A stretch of 63,157 bases of DNA, counting the filler, from Octopus bimaculoides (Eukaryota), in assembly GCF_001194135.2 (NCBI RefSeq). It is 4 parts of 4 records of this genome, joined end to end, with 100 filler letters (N's around TTAATTAATTAA, not from the genome) between each part and the next. Parts side by side here need not be neighbours in the genome. Positions count along the whole stretch, not along the records: positions 19,878 to 48,322 come from NC_068998.1; 3 more parts are not named here. The stretch is one strand, 5' to 3'. Within the stretch, counting starts at the first letter, position 1, and each line of letters opens with the position of its first letter. Below, one piece after another: positions 25,042-38,872 of this stretch. A model generated the notes under the pieces. The model saw only the letters and a list, made by a program, of their open reading frames with translations, was not told the DNA's origin and searched no databases. The translations under genes were made by a program, and so were the position numbers.

Positions 25042-25265
25042 CATCATCGTCATCGACATCATCATCATGCTTTAACATCTGCTTTTCATGCTGGCATGGG
25101 TTGGATCGTTTGACCAGAGCTGGCAAGCTGGGGAGCTGCACCAGGTTCCAGTTTGATTTGGCTTCGTTTCTCTGGGCTGGATGCCTTTCCTAATGCCAAC
25201 CACTTCACAGTATGAGCTGGTTGCTTTTAATGTGGCACTCGCATGTGCAATTTTATGTAGCACCA
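25042..25265 (-). mobile_element. Family E (RTE-type 3' tail element) fragment
   Basis: (CAT)n tail plus CATGCTGGCATGGGTTGG...GGATGCC..TCCTAATGCCAACCAC. Confidence 0.75.
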
Positions 25266-25679
25266 GCAATACATATATATATGTATATATGGGCTTAATA
25301 AATCCAGTTAGATATCTAGAAAGCACTCAGTGTTAAATAAATTTGGTGAACTATATCAAACAATCAGATACAATAAATTCGAGTAGAATTAACATCCAAG
25401 ATAATTCCTCATGTATGACAAGTAAACCCAAATATCCCTTAGAAGAATTTCAAGAAATTTTGAGTATAATACAACAAGAGCAAGAATGGAGAAAAACATA
25501 TCTTTAGTTGATAATTACACTGTACATTACTGACAATTATTTTTAGTGCACTGGCATATTTAGATATAGAAAAAAGGTAGAAAATAGCAGTCAAATTAGT
25601 ATAGCCAAAAGTATATGCTATAAGTCACCATGGAAGGCAGACGTTAAACAATGATTGACCGTTGACTGAACACTATTCA

Positions 25680-25841
25680 ATTTTTTTTCTCCGTGTTTTT
25701 CTCCTTGTCTCCGTATTCTTTCTGTTGAAGAGCGTAGCTCGAAACGTCAAAGACTTTCCGTATTCCCGAGCGTCATACTAATATATACTTTTGTTATTTA
25801 CACCACCTGTCCTCGTCTGTTGTTATTATTTGTATATTCTC

Positions 25842-25845
<4 letters not shown>
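25680..25845 (+). mobile_element. Penelope-like terminal repeat remnant with a decayed hammerhead core
   Basis: CTGTTGAA-GAGC-GTA-GCTC-GAAAC-GTC-AAA-GAC at 25722-25754, followed by a (TA)n tract. Confidence 0.5.
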
Positions 25846-25887
<42 letters not shown>

Positions 25888-26517
25888 GGTTCTCTAACCG
25901 GCAAAATTCACTGCAGAGAATTATTTTCTGCAGAATTATTTCCGGTATTTGGCGTGCCAGAACGAAGACTTTTGAAATATAACCCCAAATGTAATTGGAA
26001 GAACTATATACATGTTCAATTTCATGCAGACGTCTCGTGTATAGTTCTGCAAATTATATTGCAGAGACGATCATACTGAAGAGTTGCAGACAATTACATA
26101 ATTAATTACGTAAGTAGTTGACAACGAAACTGGTCTATGATTAATCTTTATATTTCGTATCTTTTCATTTGTCTTGCTCACTTACGTTCTGGTGTTTGCT
26201 GAATTTTCTTGAGAAAATCTTTTCTTAGTGGTCAGATCATAGGGTGTCTTCTTCTAGCAAAAGGGATGTCCACTTAGTGGTCATCCCTCTTATATGTATG
26301 TAATATATATACATTGTCCCATTTTCGGTCACTAGATGTGCTTTTTTAATTACTGATATGACATAATATGTCGCATGTATTTGTATATTGTTATTATTGT
26401 CCTTTTAGTAAACAAATAAACAGGTAAATTGACACAATACAATGTCTGCAAGTTGATGAATACCACCTATTCCCCTCCATTTTTTTTATTGCTATATATA
26501 TATATNNNNNNNNNNTG

Positions 26518-26554
<37 letters not shown>

Positions 26555-26941
26555 AAGCTTCTTTTAGTTTCTACATACCAAATCCTCTCACAAGGGTTTG
26601 ATTGACCCGGGGCTATAGCAGAAGACACTTGCTCAAAGTGCCATGCAGTAAGACTGAACCTGAAGTCATGTGGTTTGGAAGTGAACTTCTCAACAACACA
26701 GCATAGCCATGCCTGCACCTAACAAAAAATAATTCACAGACTGAAAAATTTGGTTAACATTAAAATATATTCTGCATATCTTTGGAAATAACATAAACAA
26801 TTAAACCAAATTTGATTTATATTTATTACCAGATGCTAGACAGATACTGAGAATTACTGAAGTATCAACTGGGATTGTAATACACTGATGAAGAAAGACA
26901 CTGTATATAGATCTCTACTGCAAGCAGAGAACTTTATATAT

Positions 26942-27300
26942 AGGGCAGCGGACTCGTGGTCGTAGGATCGTGGTTTCGATTCCCAGACCGGGCATTGTGA
27001 GTGTTTATTGAGCAAAAACACCTCAAGTTCTACGAGGCTCTGGCAGGGGGATGGTGCCAATCCCTGCTGTACTCTTTCACCACAACTTTCTCTCACTCTT
27101 ACTTCCTGTTTCTGTTGTGCCTGTATTTCAAAGGGGCCAGCCTTGTCACACTCTGTGTCACGCTGAATATCCCCGAGAACTACGTTAAGGGTACACGTGT
27201 CTGTGGAGTGCTCAGCCACTTGCACATTAATTTCACGAGCAGGCTATTCCATTGATCAGATCAACTGGAACCCTCGACGTTGTAAGCGACGGAGTGCCAA
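26942..27300 (+). mobile_element. SINE family A (5' clipped)
   Basis: Near-identical to other family A copies. Confidence 0.88.
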
Positions 27301-27304
27301 CCAA

Positions 27305-27470
27305 TGCTCCCGCTGGACAAGATGCCAGTCCATCGCAGGAATACTCACCTTTTGCCAGCTGAGTGGACTGGAGTAACGTGATAGGAAGTGTTTTGCTCAA
27401 GATCACAATGCGTCACTTGGTCTAGGAATCTTATGATCAGGAGTCCAACACTCTAACCACTAAGCCATGC
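27305..27470 (-). mobile_element. SINE family C fragment
   Basis: Minus head GGCATGGCTTAGTGGTTAGAGTGTTGGACTC and core CAGCTGGCAAAAGGTGAGTATTCCTGCGATGGACTGG; related copy at 41410-41640. Confidence 0.7.
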
Positions 27471-27589
27471 CCCCTCCCCATTTCTCTCGGTCAATGGAGG
27501 AAACAACTGAGACAGAAAGAACAAATAAGAATTATTCAGCAAAAAGAAAGAAAAAGATAATCTGCACCAGGTTCATAAACTTTATCATC

Positions 27590-29445
27590 ATCATCATCAT
27601 CGTCATCATCATCAATGTCATCATCATTCCCTTCCTCCTCCTCATCATCATCATCACCGTCGCCACTACCACCACCTTTATCATCCTCCACGTCCTCCTC
27701 CTCTGAAAAAACATCATCCTATCACTACCACCAACACCACCACCACCTCCACCATTGTGGCTTTGTCTTCACGGGCATTGAATATCTTTTTTTATCCGTA
27801 ACAACCTTAGCTTTGACAATTTCTTTTCATTTTTTTTTTTTTTTTAAATATAAAACGGCAAAATTTCGCCATTGCTTACTTCGTCTTCCTTTTTTCACTA
27901 CAACAACGTTTATTTAGTTAAATGTTTAAAATATATNNNNNNNNNNNNNNNNNNNNNNNNNNNNNNNNNNNNNNNNNNNNNNNNNNNNNNNNNNNNNNNN
28001 NNNNNNNNNNNNNNNNNNNNNNNNNNNNNNNNNNNNNNNNNNNNNNNNNNNNNNNNNNNNNNNNNNNNNNNNNNNNNNNNNNNNNNNNNNNNNNNNNNNN
28101 NNNNNNNNNNNNNNNNNNNNNNNNNNNNNNNNNNNNNNNNNNNNNNNNNNNNNNNNNNNNNNNNNNNNNNNNNNNNNNNNNNNNNNNNNNNNNNNNNNNN
28201 NNNNNNNNNNNNNNNNNNNNNNNNNNNNNNNNNNNNNNNNNNNNNNNNNNNNNNNNNNNNNNNNNNNNNNNNNNNNNNNNNNNNNNNNNNNNNNNNNNNN
28301 NNNNNNNNNNNNNNNNNNNNNNNNNNNNNNNNNNNNNNNNNNNNNNNNNNNNNNNNNNNNNNNNNNNNNNNNNNNNNNNNNNNNNNNNNNNNNNNNNNNN
28401 NNNNNNNNNNNNNNNNNNNNNNNNNNNNNNNNNNNNNNNNNNNNNNNNNNNNNNNNNNNNNNNNNNNNNNNNNNNNNNNNNNNNNNNNNNNNNNNNNNNN
28501 NNNNNNNNNNNNNNNNNNNNNNNNNNNNNNNNNNNNNNNNNNNNNNNNNNNNNNNNNNNNNNNNNNNNNNNNNNNNNNNNNNNNNNNNNNNNNNNNNNNN
28601 NNNNNNNNNNNNNNNNNNNNNNNNNNNNNNNNNNNNNNNNNNNNNNNNNNNNNNNNNNNNNNNNNNNNNNNNNNNNNNNNNNNNNNNNNNNNNNNNNNNN
28701 NNNNNNNNNNNNNNNNNNNNNNNNNNNNNNNNNNNNNNNNNNNNNNNNNNCACCACCACTGACTGCCATCATTAACACCATCAGCAGCAGCACCACCACC
28801 ACCACCATCACCACAACCACAACCATCATTGACAACATCATCACCACCCCCACAGCCAGAATCACCACCACTGCCACCACCACCACCACCACCACCATTA
28901 TCATCGTCATCATCAACATCATTGTAGTCATTGCTATCCTCATCATCATCATCATCAGCATCATCATCATCATTGTCACCATCATCAGCAGCAGCAGCAG
29001 GATGCATGCATGCGTAAGCAATGGGCGCATCCCCGTCCCCAACTCCACGGACCAAACCNNNNNNNNNNATCAGCAGCAGCAGCAGGATGCATGCATGCGT
29101 AAGCAATGGCCGCATCCCCGTCCCCAACTCCACCGACCAAACCACACCAATAACATAAACTTTTTTTAAAAATTACCATTAATGCTTCCATTAACAATCG
29201 CAGGCACATCAGCACCACCACCATCAGCAGCACCACCATCATCATCAACAACGGCATCGGCAATGCCACAACCTCCACCGACACCACCATCACTAATATA
29301 ATCACTATTAATAACACAAGCCTCATCATCATCATCATCATCATCACAACCACAATCACTTCCACTGCTGCTGCTACCATTGACGATGCTGTCATTGTTA
29401 TCATCATCATCAACATCGTCGTCGTCATCGCCACCATCAGCAACG
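27590..29445. repeat. Degenerate (CAT/CAC/CAG)n trinucleotide block spanning an ~800-N gap
   Basis: Seen directly; explains the poly-H/T/D/M ORFs in the track. Confidence 0.85.
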
Positions 29446-29904
29446 GAATCTCTTCTACAACATTCTAAACAAGTAAATTTTAAGTACAAAACTGAACAGT
29501 CCACAGTTGCATAAATACATGGAAACACATACTACACGCACATACACGCACACACACACACAGACACATAGGGGAACACACAACACACACACATATATAT
29601 ATATATATGTGGTGTGTGTGTATGCAGCATATGTGTATATATGCATATGCAAACATACATACATGTATACATACATTCACACACACACACACACACACAT
29701 ATATATCAATCTATCTATCTANNNNNNNNNNNNNNNNNNNNNNNNNNNNNNNNNNNNNNNNNNNNNNNNNNNNNNNNNNNNNNNNNNNNNNNNNNNNNNN
29801 NNNNNNNNNNNNNNNNNNNNNNNNNNNNNNNNNNNNNNNNNNNNNNNNNNNNNNNNNNATATATATATATATATATATATGCATACATATACATATACAT
29901 ATAC

Positions 29905-29935
<31 letters not shown>

Positions 29936-31043
29936 TATATATGCATAGATATACATATGCATGTGTGTTTTTATGTGTGTGGTATGCATGTATGGGTGTA
30001 TTCACATACACATGTGTGTTGATGTTTGTATAAACACAGGTACCTAGGTACATGCACATGAATATATAAATCTACCAATACTACATGCACAAACACACGT
30101 ACACACATATACATATACACATATGTACATATATACATACATATATATATACGCATATGTACATATATACATACATATATATATTTGTGTATANNNNNNN
30201 NNNNNNNNNNNNNNNNNNNNNNNNNNNNNNNNNNNNNNNNNNNNNNNNNNNNNNNNNNNNNNNNNNNNNNNNNNNNNNNNNNNNNNNNNNNNNNNNNNNN
30301 NNNNNNNNNNNNNNNNNNNNNNNNNNNNNNNNNNNNNNNNNNNNNNNNNNNNNNNNNNNNNNNNNNNNNNNNNNNNNNNNNNNNNNNNNNNNNNNNNNNN
30401 NNNNNNNNNNNNNNNNNNNNNNNNNNGCATGTGTATGTGTGTGCATGCATTTATAAATAGTATACAAATTCACAGTCTCACACACACAAACACTTACACA
30501 CACACACACACACATAAAACTAAAACATAATGAACAAGTAACCATTCTTATTTTTGCAGAAGCAAAGCTGAACAGAGTTAAGTGAGGACCATAATGTCTG
30601 AATCACTTCTCTGGTCAATAAACGATGTTAAAGACACACTATATTCTCATACAGGGTGTTGTAATTTCTGTTTCATGAATGACAGCCACATTACAAATAA
30701 TTCTAACTATAAATTATTGGGAAAAAGTCTGCACATTGCTTTGTTTGTTTGTTTTGTTTTTGGTTTGTTGTTTTGTGGATTTTTTTTTTGTTTTTGTTCT
30801 GTTTATGTATTTTCTTCAATTTCTCTATCAATTCCTTTATTTATTTTTTTTTTGTTTTCCAATTTTGTTGATCGTTAATAGGAAAGAAGAGAGAAAAAGG
30901 AAATATATGCACATACAAACATACGTACACACACAAACACACAGATATACAAACATATATATACATATATATATTACATACACTTACAGTACATACACAC
31001 ACATAAATATGTATATGCATATACACATGTATATATACATACA

Positions 31044-31101
<58 letters not shown>

Positions 31102-32219
31102 AACATGCATACGTATATACGTACATTTGTATGCATGTATGTATGTATGTATATTATGCATAACTGAAATGTGAATTTATGGTTAAATTTTTGGTAAATA
31201 GACCCATTTTCCAAAAGAAAATCTATCCCATTCAGGTCTATGAGATAGACAGAAAGATGTTTTAAAAGCCAAGACACATTCCTTCAACATTAATTGTCTT
31301 TTTGGCTTTGATAAAAATGACAAACCTAAACTTCTGCAGTCATATATCTTTAAAATGGCTATTTCTAAAGAACACAGACAGTTGATTCTTTTCAATAAAA
31401 GTGATTGCATTAGGGGGAAAATTTAAAAAGAGCATGTCTGTAAATGTAAACTGAAAGTTTGTTACTATTCTTTAGAATATAATGTGAAATGTATATTTTT
31501 GGAGCTGCATGCAAAGAAAAAGCAAGCCATATTGGAAATACTTGAAAATGTTTCATTTTCCTTCGTTTTCTTTTTATATCTTTTATTTCTCGCTTCTTTT
31601 AGTTTCTCTTTTGTTTGGATTTCACTTTTTATTGATTTTAAAAGAGATTTCATTGAAATAAATACTAGCTTTATTCTTATGGTTAAGTGAAATAGTTGTA
31701 GTTAAACTTTATATTATAAAATCTTCTTTCTATAACGCATCTACTGATATTTACAAATAGAATCAATTCTTTGCCAAGTCTTGAAACACAATGGGGGGAA
31801 AAAAATGTATAATGTAGGCGGTTTAAAGAATATCTCAGAAACACAAAATATTGGCCATTATTTTTTCGCATTTTCCATCTTCTTCACATTATTAATTTGT
31901 ATAATGGCAAAGAGTAAAATGATGGAAATAGCAGACAGCTTAACCAAGAGAACAACGGTTCTAATCCAATCAATGGCACTGAAACATATCCACAACCAAG
32001 ACACATATTCTTCAATAATCTGAAACACCTACATTATCGTCATCGTCATCATCAACATTTGATGTCTGTTTTCCATGCTGGCATGGGTTGGATGGCTTAA
32101 CAGGAACTGGTAAGGCCAAGGGCTGCACCAGGTTTCGTTGTCTGTTTTGGCTGGATGCCCTTCCTAATGCCAACCATGTTACAGAGTGTACTGGGTGCTG
32201 TTTATGTGGTACCGTCACA

Positions 32220-32670
32220 AAGCATCAGTATCAGCGGTGACAGCAGTGGCAGCAGCAGCAGCAGTAGTGGCAGCAGCAGCACTGGCAGCAGCAGCAGTGG
32301 CAGTAGCAGCAGTGGGAGTAGTGGCAGCAGCAGGAGTAACAGAAGTGGTAGTGGCGATAGTAGAGATAAAGACAGCAGTGGCAGCAGCAGCAAAAGTGGC
32401 GACAACAGCAGCAGTGGCAGAAGCAACAGAAGTGGTGGCAGCAGAGGCACAGACAACAGTGGTAGCAGCAGCAGCAGCAGGAGCAACATTAGCAGCAGAA
32501 GCGGGAGGGGGGGGCAGTGGTGGCACAAGCGGCAGCTGTTACAGAGGCAGCAACAGTGGTAGCTGGAGCAGCGGCAGTAACAGCAGTAGCAATGGCTGTG
32601 GCAGTAGCAGCAATGGTGGGAGCGGTGAGAACAGTGCCAGCGGTGACAATTGCGGCAGCGGTGAAGTCAT
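32220..32670. repeat. Degenerate (CAG/TAG/TGG)n trinucleotide tract
   Basis: Directly follows a family E fragment (~32035-32215); gives poly-S/A/L ORFs in several frames. Confidence 0.8.
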
Positions 32671-32969
32671 GTTTTGAACACTTCTTCCAGGCCCTGTGTG
32701 TATTACACCTTCTTTCAAGAAGAAATGTTGATCATTGTTGGCTAACAGCGCCTTCAGTAAAACATAGAAAGTTCTACAGAATCAAGGAGGCAAGAAGACA
32801 TTTTCGATTGTTTGAACTTGGCAATGTTTCTTGAAGAAGTGATGATGATAAATTAGTTGTTGTTGATGTTGTTGTTTAGCTCAAGGTCATGCATGATTGA
32901 ACAGACCTATGATCAAAGGAGTTCTTCTCAGTAACATCCCATTGTTTATTCAGACATAGTAGTTACATC

Positions 32970-33347
32970 TGGTGGAGGCGCAATGGCCCAGTGGTTAGGG
33001 CAGCGGACTCGCGGTCATAGGCTCGCGGTTTCGATTCCCAGACCGGGCGTTGTGAGCGAAAACACCTAAAACTCCACGAGGCTCCGGCAGGGGATGGTGG
33101 CGAACCCTGCTGTACTCTTTCACCACAACTTTCTCTCACTCTTACTTCCTGTTTCTGCTGTGCCTGTAATTCAAAGGGTCAGCCTTGTCACACTGTGTCA
33201 CGCTGAATATCCCCGAGAACTGCGTTAAGGGTACACGTGTCTGTGGAGTGATCAGCCACTTGCACGTAAATTTCACGAGCAGGCTATTCTGTTGATCGGA
33301 TCAACTGGAACCCTCGATGTCGTAAGCGACGGAGTGCCAACAACAAA
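32970..33347 (+). mobile_element. SINE family A, full length
   Basis: Perfect 12-bp TSD AGTAGTTACATC (32958-32969, 33348-33359); A/B-box-like head; (CAA)n tail. Confidence 0.92.
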
Positions 33348-33480
33348 AGTAGTTACATCCAGCATCACATTACTTAATGTGTCCTTTCCCTTCAAAAGTA
33401 GCTGTTAGCAACTGAAAAATGATTTGGCTGCTATTTCTAGGAAGTCAAACAGCCATATGGAAACTCCCTCTTTAGTTCTT

Positions 33481-33713
33481 ATTTCTTTATTGCCCACAAG
33501 GGGCTAAACATAGAGGGGGACAAACAAGGACAGACAAAGGGATTAAGTCAATTACATCGTCCCCAGTGCGCAACTGGTACTTAATTTATCAACCCCGAAA
33601 GGATGAAAGGCAAAGTCGACCTCGGCAGAATTTGAACTCAGAACGTAAAGACAGATGAAATACCGCTAAGCATTTCGCCTGGCGTGCTAAGGTTTCTGCC
33701 AGCTCACCGCCTT
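33481..33713 (-). mobile_element. SINE family B (long-tail variant)
   Basis: Flanked by TTTAGTTCTT (33471-33480, 33717-33726). Confidence 0.88.
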
Positions 33714-34814
33714 CAGTTTAGTTCTTTAGTTCTTTTACAAATTAAGGAGAAAAAGGGATGGCTGCTGAAACATTAAAAGAATTAGATGCAAAATTTATAG
33801 AATTTAGTTTCATCCATATGAATGGCTGAAACTCAATGGATGGACCAGAAGATTTATCAATTATAGTTGTGGTCAGTAAGTAGAATATGCGGATGGATAG
33901 CTTATCTTGAGAATCTGGAAGTGCAGTTAGGATGGAATAACATAGTGAGATTAACGAAGTAGAATGATCAGATTAGATTAGGAAGCCAGTCTCTAGATAA
34001 AGGTTATTGCGTAGCCTGGTTAAAAGACAAGTGTATCTGGATGCTGACATATATCGATGATGGCGGTGGTGAACTGTAATAGAGGTCATCTGGTACGGCT
34101 TGATCCTGCAGCTTTGGTTTCCACTGGATTCTCGGAACAAACAGTTAAAGAAGCTGGCTATTGGGTGCAGATAGGGATATTCAAAGAGAAAAGGGAAATG
34201 AGAGGAGGAAGAGATTGAAAGGAAGAGAAGATGAGAGGTGGAATGAGGAGGGATGGAAGAAAGAGACAGAGAGAAAGAGAGAGTGGTGGGGAGAGTTGAA
34301 AGAAACAGAGGAAAGAAGAGGGAGATGGAGAAGAAAGGGGGGGTGAAGGCGGCAAGAGGAAGGTTTACAGATTAGTAGAGAGAAGACTAATAGAGGAGAC
34401 AGGGATGTAGGGAAGGAAAGAGAAAAGAAAGTAATATAGAAACTGAGGAAGAGAAAACATGAGAGAATGTGTGTGTGGAGACAAGAGGAGAAATAAGAGA
34501 AAGATCGACGAGAGGTAGGATTGAACTCAAGACAAAGACACGTGATTGAATACCACAAAGTATTTTGTTCAATGCTTTACTGATTCTGCCATCAACAGTG
34601 AATGTTATTTTAGCAACCAAAATGTTATTTCTTTTCTAAAAATCAAAAACAAAAAGTGGCTGTATGGTAAAAAGTTTGTTTCCCAACCACATAGTTTCAG
34701 GTTCAGTCCCACTGCATGGCACCTTGGGCAAGCATCTTCAACTATAGCCTCAGGCTAACCAACGCCTTGTGAATGGATTTGGTAGGTAGAAACTGAAAGA
34801 AGTCCATTGCGTAT

Positions 34815-34847
<33 letters not shown>

Positions 34848-35877
34848 ATGATATACTGTAAAAACCCATGTAAATTGCACACCTGTGAATTTATGCAGGT
34901 GATTTTCAGGATAAAATTTGTTAAAAAAAGCTTCTACTCATGTAAAATTCGTACCCAAAAGTTTTCAGAATTGCTGATATGGCCAGGGGGAAAAGGTTTT
35001 TAATGTAGTTGTATTTAGCATAATTTCACTTACTTATGATTAGATTTTATTAAATTTTCATGAAATAAAAATAATTTCTGTTTAACAGGTATCACATTGA
35101 AAGCTATTAAATTACAAAGTGTTTGTGCTGTTTATAATAAAGTTTATTTTACATTTCTTGCCCACAAGAGATTATGTCCAACCTTTAGCATACTGCTGTA
35201 TGTCTTCTCAAATGATGCTCACAGGAAAAGTTGTTGATAAGAATTATCAACAAAAACAAAACTGATAAATACGCACAGGTGTTGCAAATTAAGTTTAATT
35301 ACCAATAAACATCAGCTTGGATGACACTTTACTCAATCGACAGAGGAAGGTGACTGATCAAACTGATTATGTAAACAGAATACTTTTCTGCCTATTCCTG
35401 TCAGAATCTTTGATACGGAGTATCGAAATTTTAATCCCTTTACACTTATAAAATGTCAAGCAAACTTTAAAATGTATCATTATCATTATTGTGAGTATGG
35501 GCAGAACTTATGAATCGACTACTACAAAGGAGAAATTAAATATGTTGAATATGCATTTTGAACGTGGCAATAGAGCCAATGTTTGAAACTGGCATAAACA
35601 GTATGACAAACTTAAAACTTAGTTTAACACGACCATCTGGTCCTTGGGTATATTAAATGGTCTTCATTCTGATCAGCTCTCCAGGTAGAATATAACTCAA
35701 TATTTGATGCTTTGACACCTGCTGCAATACAAGAGCTATTATAGTTCCTTCTTTGCTTTCCACTGCCAGTCTCAAAGGCCATACAAATATAAGGCGCTGC
35801 CCTAATTCTCTATATATATATTACAGAAATGTACTTGCATAGCAAGTGACCTGATTTGAGATCGTGTGCTGAAACAA

Positions 35878-36162
35878 AAACAATTGCAGCATGGAAGGTG
35901 TTCATGAGCCATTTAAAAACACAAAAACCGTTAGATTCACTTCAACATTTAAATTTAATTTGTCAAAATATTTTCGTTGCTTTGAGATGGCAACCTGTTC
36001 ACTGACAAAATTCCGTGCTGCACGGAATTTTGTCAGTGAACAGGTTGCAGTCTCAAAGTGATGAAAATATTTTGACAAATTAAATTTAAATGTTGAAGTG
36101 AATCTAACGGTTTTTGTGTGTTTTTAAATGGCTTATAAACACTTTCCACACTGCAATTGTTT
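35878..36162. repeat. ~285-bp near-perfect palindrome with no spacer (fold-back element)
   Basis: Centre ...AAAATTCCGTGC-T-GCACGGAATTTT... at 36019; arms ~140 bp with few mismatches. Confidence 0.92.
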
Positions 36163-37014
36163 ATATATGTATATATATAAAAAGAACATAGAATCTTATG
36201 AACTTCAATGCTAAAATGATGATGTTGATGAAGTTGATAATGATAATATAACACTGATGATGATGATGATGATAATGATGATGGTGGTGGTGGTGGTGGG
36301 GGTGATGATGATGAGGATGCTGATGATGGTGATAATGATGACGACAACGATAATAATGATGATGACAATGATGATGATGATGCTGCAAGAGTTGGTGGAA
36401 AAACATTTTATAAAGTTTAGTCACATGAATAAAATATATAAATGAATAACAAATGAATTCATAGAGTCATTGGAGTAGTGGAATAAGAATTCCTTGTAGT
36501 ATCTGACAAGTTCTCTTCATATTGAGTTCAAATCCCAATAAAGTCAAATACTTTTTCTTATCACTTTGGAAACAATAAATAAATAAAGTACCAGTCTAGT
36601 ATTGGCAGTAATTCCTCTATCCTCCCACTCTCTCTGCCCCACACACCCTCTCTCTCTATCTATCTATCTATGCATCTTTATTTATCTATCAATCTCTATC
36701 TATCTATCTATCTCCTTTTATCAGAAACAAATCATGTAGCCAACATGTCTTATGTCATCTGATTATCCTTCGACTGTCATCCCACTACCTTTCCAAAGCA
36801 TTCTGTCATTTCACGCACTTTACAGTACAAGATACAAGCTTCAAATAGGAATACTTTCTTAAGCTTGTTTCTTCTATCGTGCTTCTTACTCACTTTTGAT
36901 AAAGGGTTCACCTGTAAATATCTGTCTGCTTCTTTTCCTTTTCCCCATTACAGGGTACTATTCATTGAGCACAACTTTTATTGCTTTTTCTTAATTGGTT
37001 TACATTTTGACCAT

Positions 37015-37430
37015 CATAGCCATCATCATCATTATTTAACGTCTGTTCTCCATGCTGCATGGGTTGGATGGTTTGACAGGAGTTGGCCAGCTGAAGAGCT
37101 GCTCAGGCTCCACGTCTTTTCAGTCTCTACAGCTGAATGCCCTTCCTAACTCCAACCACTTTACAGAATGTATTGGGTGCTTTTCTATGTGGCACTGGTA
37201 CATGTGTGTTTACATAGCACCAACACCCACGATCCACAAGATTAGGATCATTCAGCTAAAGAGGGATGTATGCAAGGACAACCACAGTTTTACTTGTCTT
37301 GTAGTGTCTTCTCAAGCACAGCAAACTGCCAGGAGTCTTGGTCCCTTGCCATACCCTCTGTGAGGCTCAATGTTTGAACATCCTTTCTCCCCACTTTGTC
37401 CCATGTCTTCCTGGGTCAACCCCTTACATA
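37015..37430 (-). mobile_element. RTE-like LINE 3' end with family E tail
   Basis: Minus translation resembles the RTE C-terminal GRP(R)KTW motif (..RGxPRKTWDKV..), followed by the GGATGCCCTTCCTAA-type tail and (CAT)n. Confidence 0.6.
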
Positions 37431-37589
37431 TGTTCTCTCCAACAATTTTCAAATTTTTCCTCTACCAGTTGTAAATTCTCACATTCTCCATTGGCCTGTC
37501 TTTTATGACCATTGTTCCATTTGTGCAATTTCAGCCACTCTATTTTGTCTTTCAACTACTATCCAACTGTTTTTCCTTCTCTCAGATTT

Positions 37590-37870
37590 CTTCCTCAATC
37601 ATCTGTCTCCTAATTGTCTTTCAAACTGTCTTCTCTCTCTCCACTGCTTCCTAACTGCCTTCCAACTGTTTCCCAACTCCTTTCCAACCTTCTTCTCAAC
37701 TGCCTTCCAACTACTTTCCAATTATCTTCCAACTGCCTTTCAGACTGCTTTCCAACCATCTTCCAGACTGCTTTTCAACTGTCTTCCTACTGTCTTTTTG
37801 TATCCACTTCCTTCCAACTGCCTTTCCACTCTCTTCTGCTTTCCAACAGCCTTCCAAAATATGTTCCATT
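37590..37870. repeat. Degenerate pyrimidine-rich minisatellite (TTCCAACTG-like unit)
   Basis: Repeated CTTCCAACTG / TTTCCAACC / TTCAGACTG units. Confidence 0.7.
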
Positions 37871-38367
37871 TCTCCAATATCTCCATTTCCACAATCTCTC
37901 TTCAGTTTACCATTCCATCAATTCCACTGCCCACCCCACTCTCATTCTTTCTCTCTCACTGCTAAGTTAGAGCCAAGGTTTATGAAAAATGTAAACTTTA
38001 CCAAAGAAGCTGCTTCCTGTAAAATCTGGATCTGTTTGCAGAATTCCAATGGCATCAATCCATAATTTGATCCAATCATTTGTAATCTATATACTTCATT
38101 GTTTTATCTTCATATATGTATTTGGGCATGTATGCTTGTGTTGTTTGTATGTATATATATATATCTATATGGGAATATGTATAATGTATTTGTGTATGAG
38201 TGTATGTATGCATGTGTGCATGTGTTTGTTTGTGTGTGTGATGTTACATGTACATGTATGTATACAAGCATATGCAAGTCTATGTATATATCTGCATATG
38301 TGTACATCTATGGTTGTGTGTATGTATGTATGTGTGTGTGTGCTTATGTATGTGGATGTGTGTGTGT

Positions 38368-38419
<52 letters not shown>

Positions 38420-38659
38420 ATATATATATGTATGTATGTTGATATGTATGTTCATTTATATACTGTAAATGCATATAAGTAGTAGATGTGGCTGTGCTGG
38501 TGTGTCAATGTGTGCAGATGTATATGTACACATGCATATGTGTGTGTATCTGTCTTTCTGTGTGGATGTATATATGCAGGTGTATGTATATATATATATG
38601 TGTGTTTGTGTATATGTATATGTGAGTGTGTGTGTGTGTATTTGTATATTTGTGTGTTA

Positions 38660-38700
<41 letters not shown>

Positions 38701-38710
38701 NNNNNNNNNN

Positions 38711-38743
<33 letters not shown>

Positions 38744-38837
38744 TATATATGTATATGCGCATATGTGCATGTGTGAGTGTGTGTGAGATGTCTATGTGTG
38801 TGTGTGCATGTGTGTGGGTATATGTGTGTGTGTGATG

Positions 38838-38872
<35 letters not shown>

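Noticed and set aside
28985-29150. ~70-bp direct duplication around an 11-N gap (similar case at ~26490-26530)
   Set aside because: Probably unmerged overlapping contig ends.
33960-34080. WMLTYIDDG as a DIRS-like RT motif
   Set aside because: Flanking RT motifs were not recognisable and stop codons are nearby.
35150-35250. Weak Helitron-helicase or zinc-finger-like translation on minus
   Set aside because: Low similarity, internal stops, two incompatible readings.
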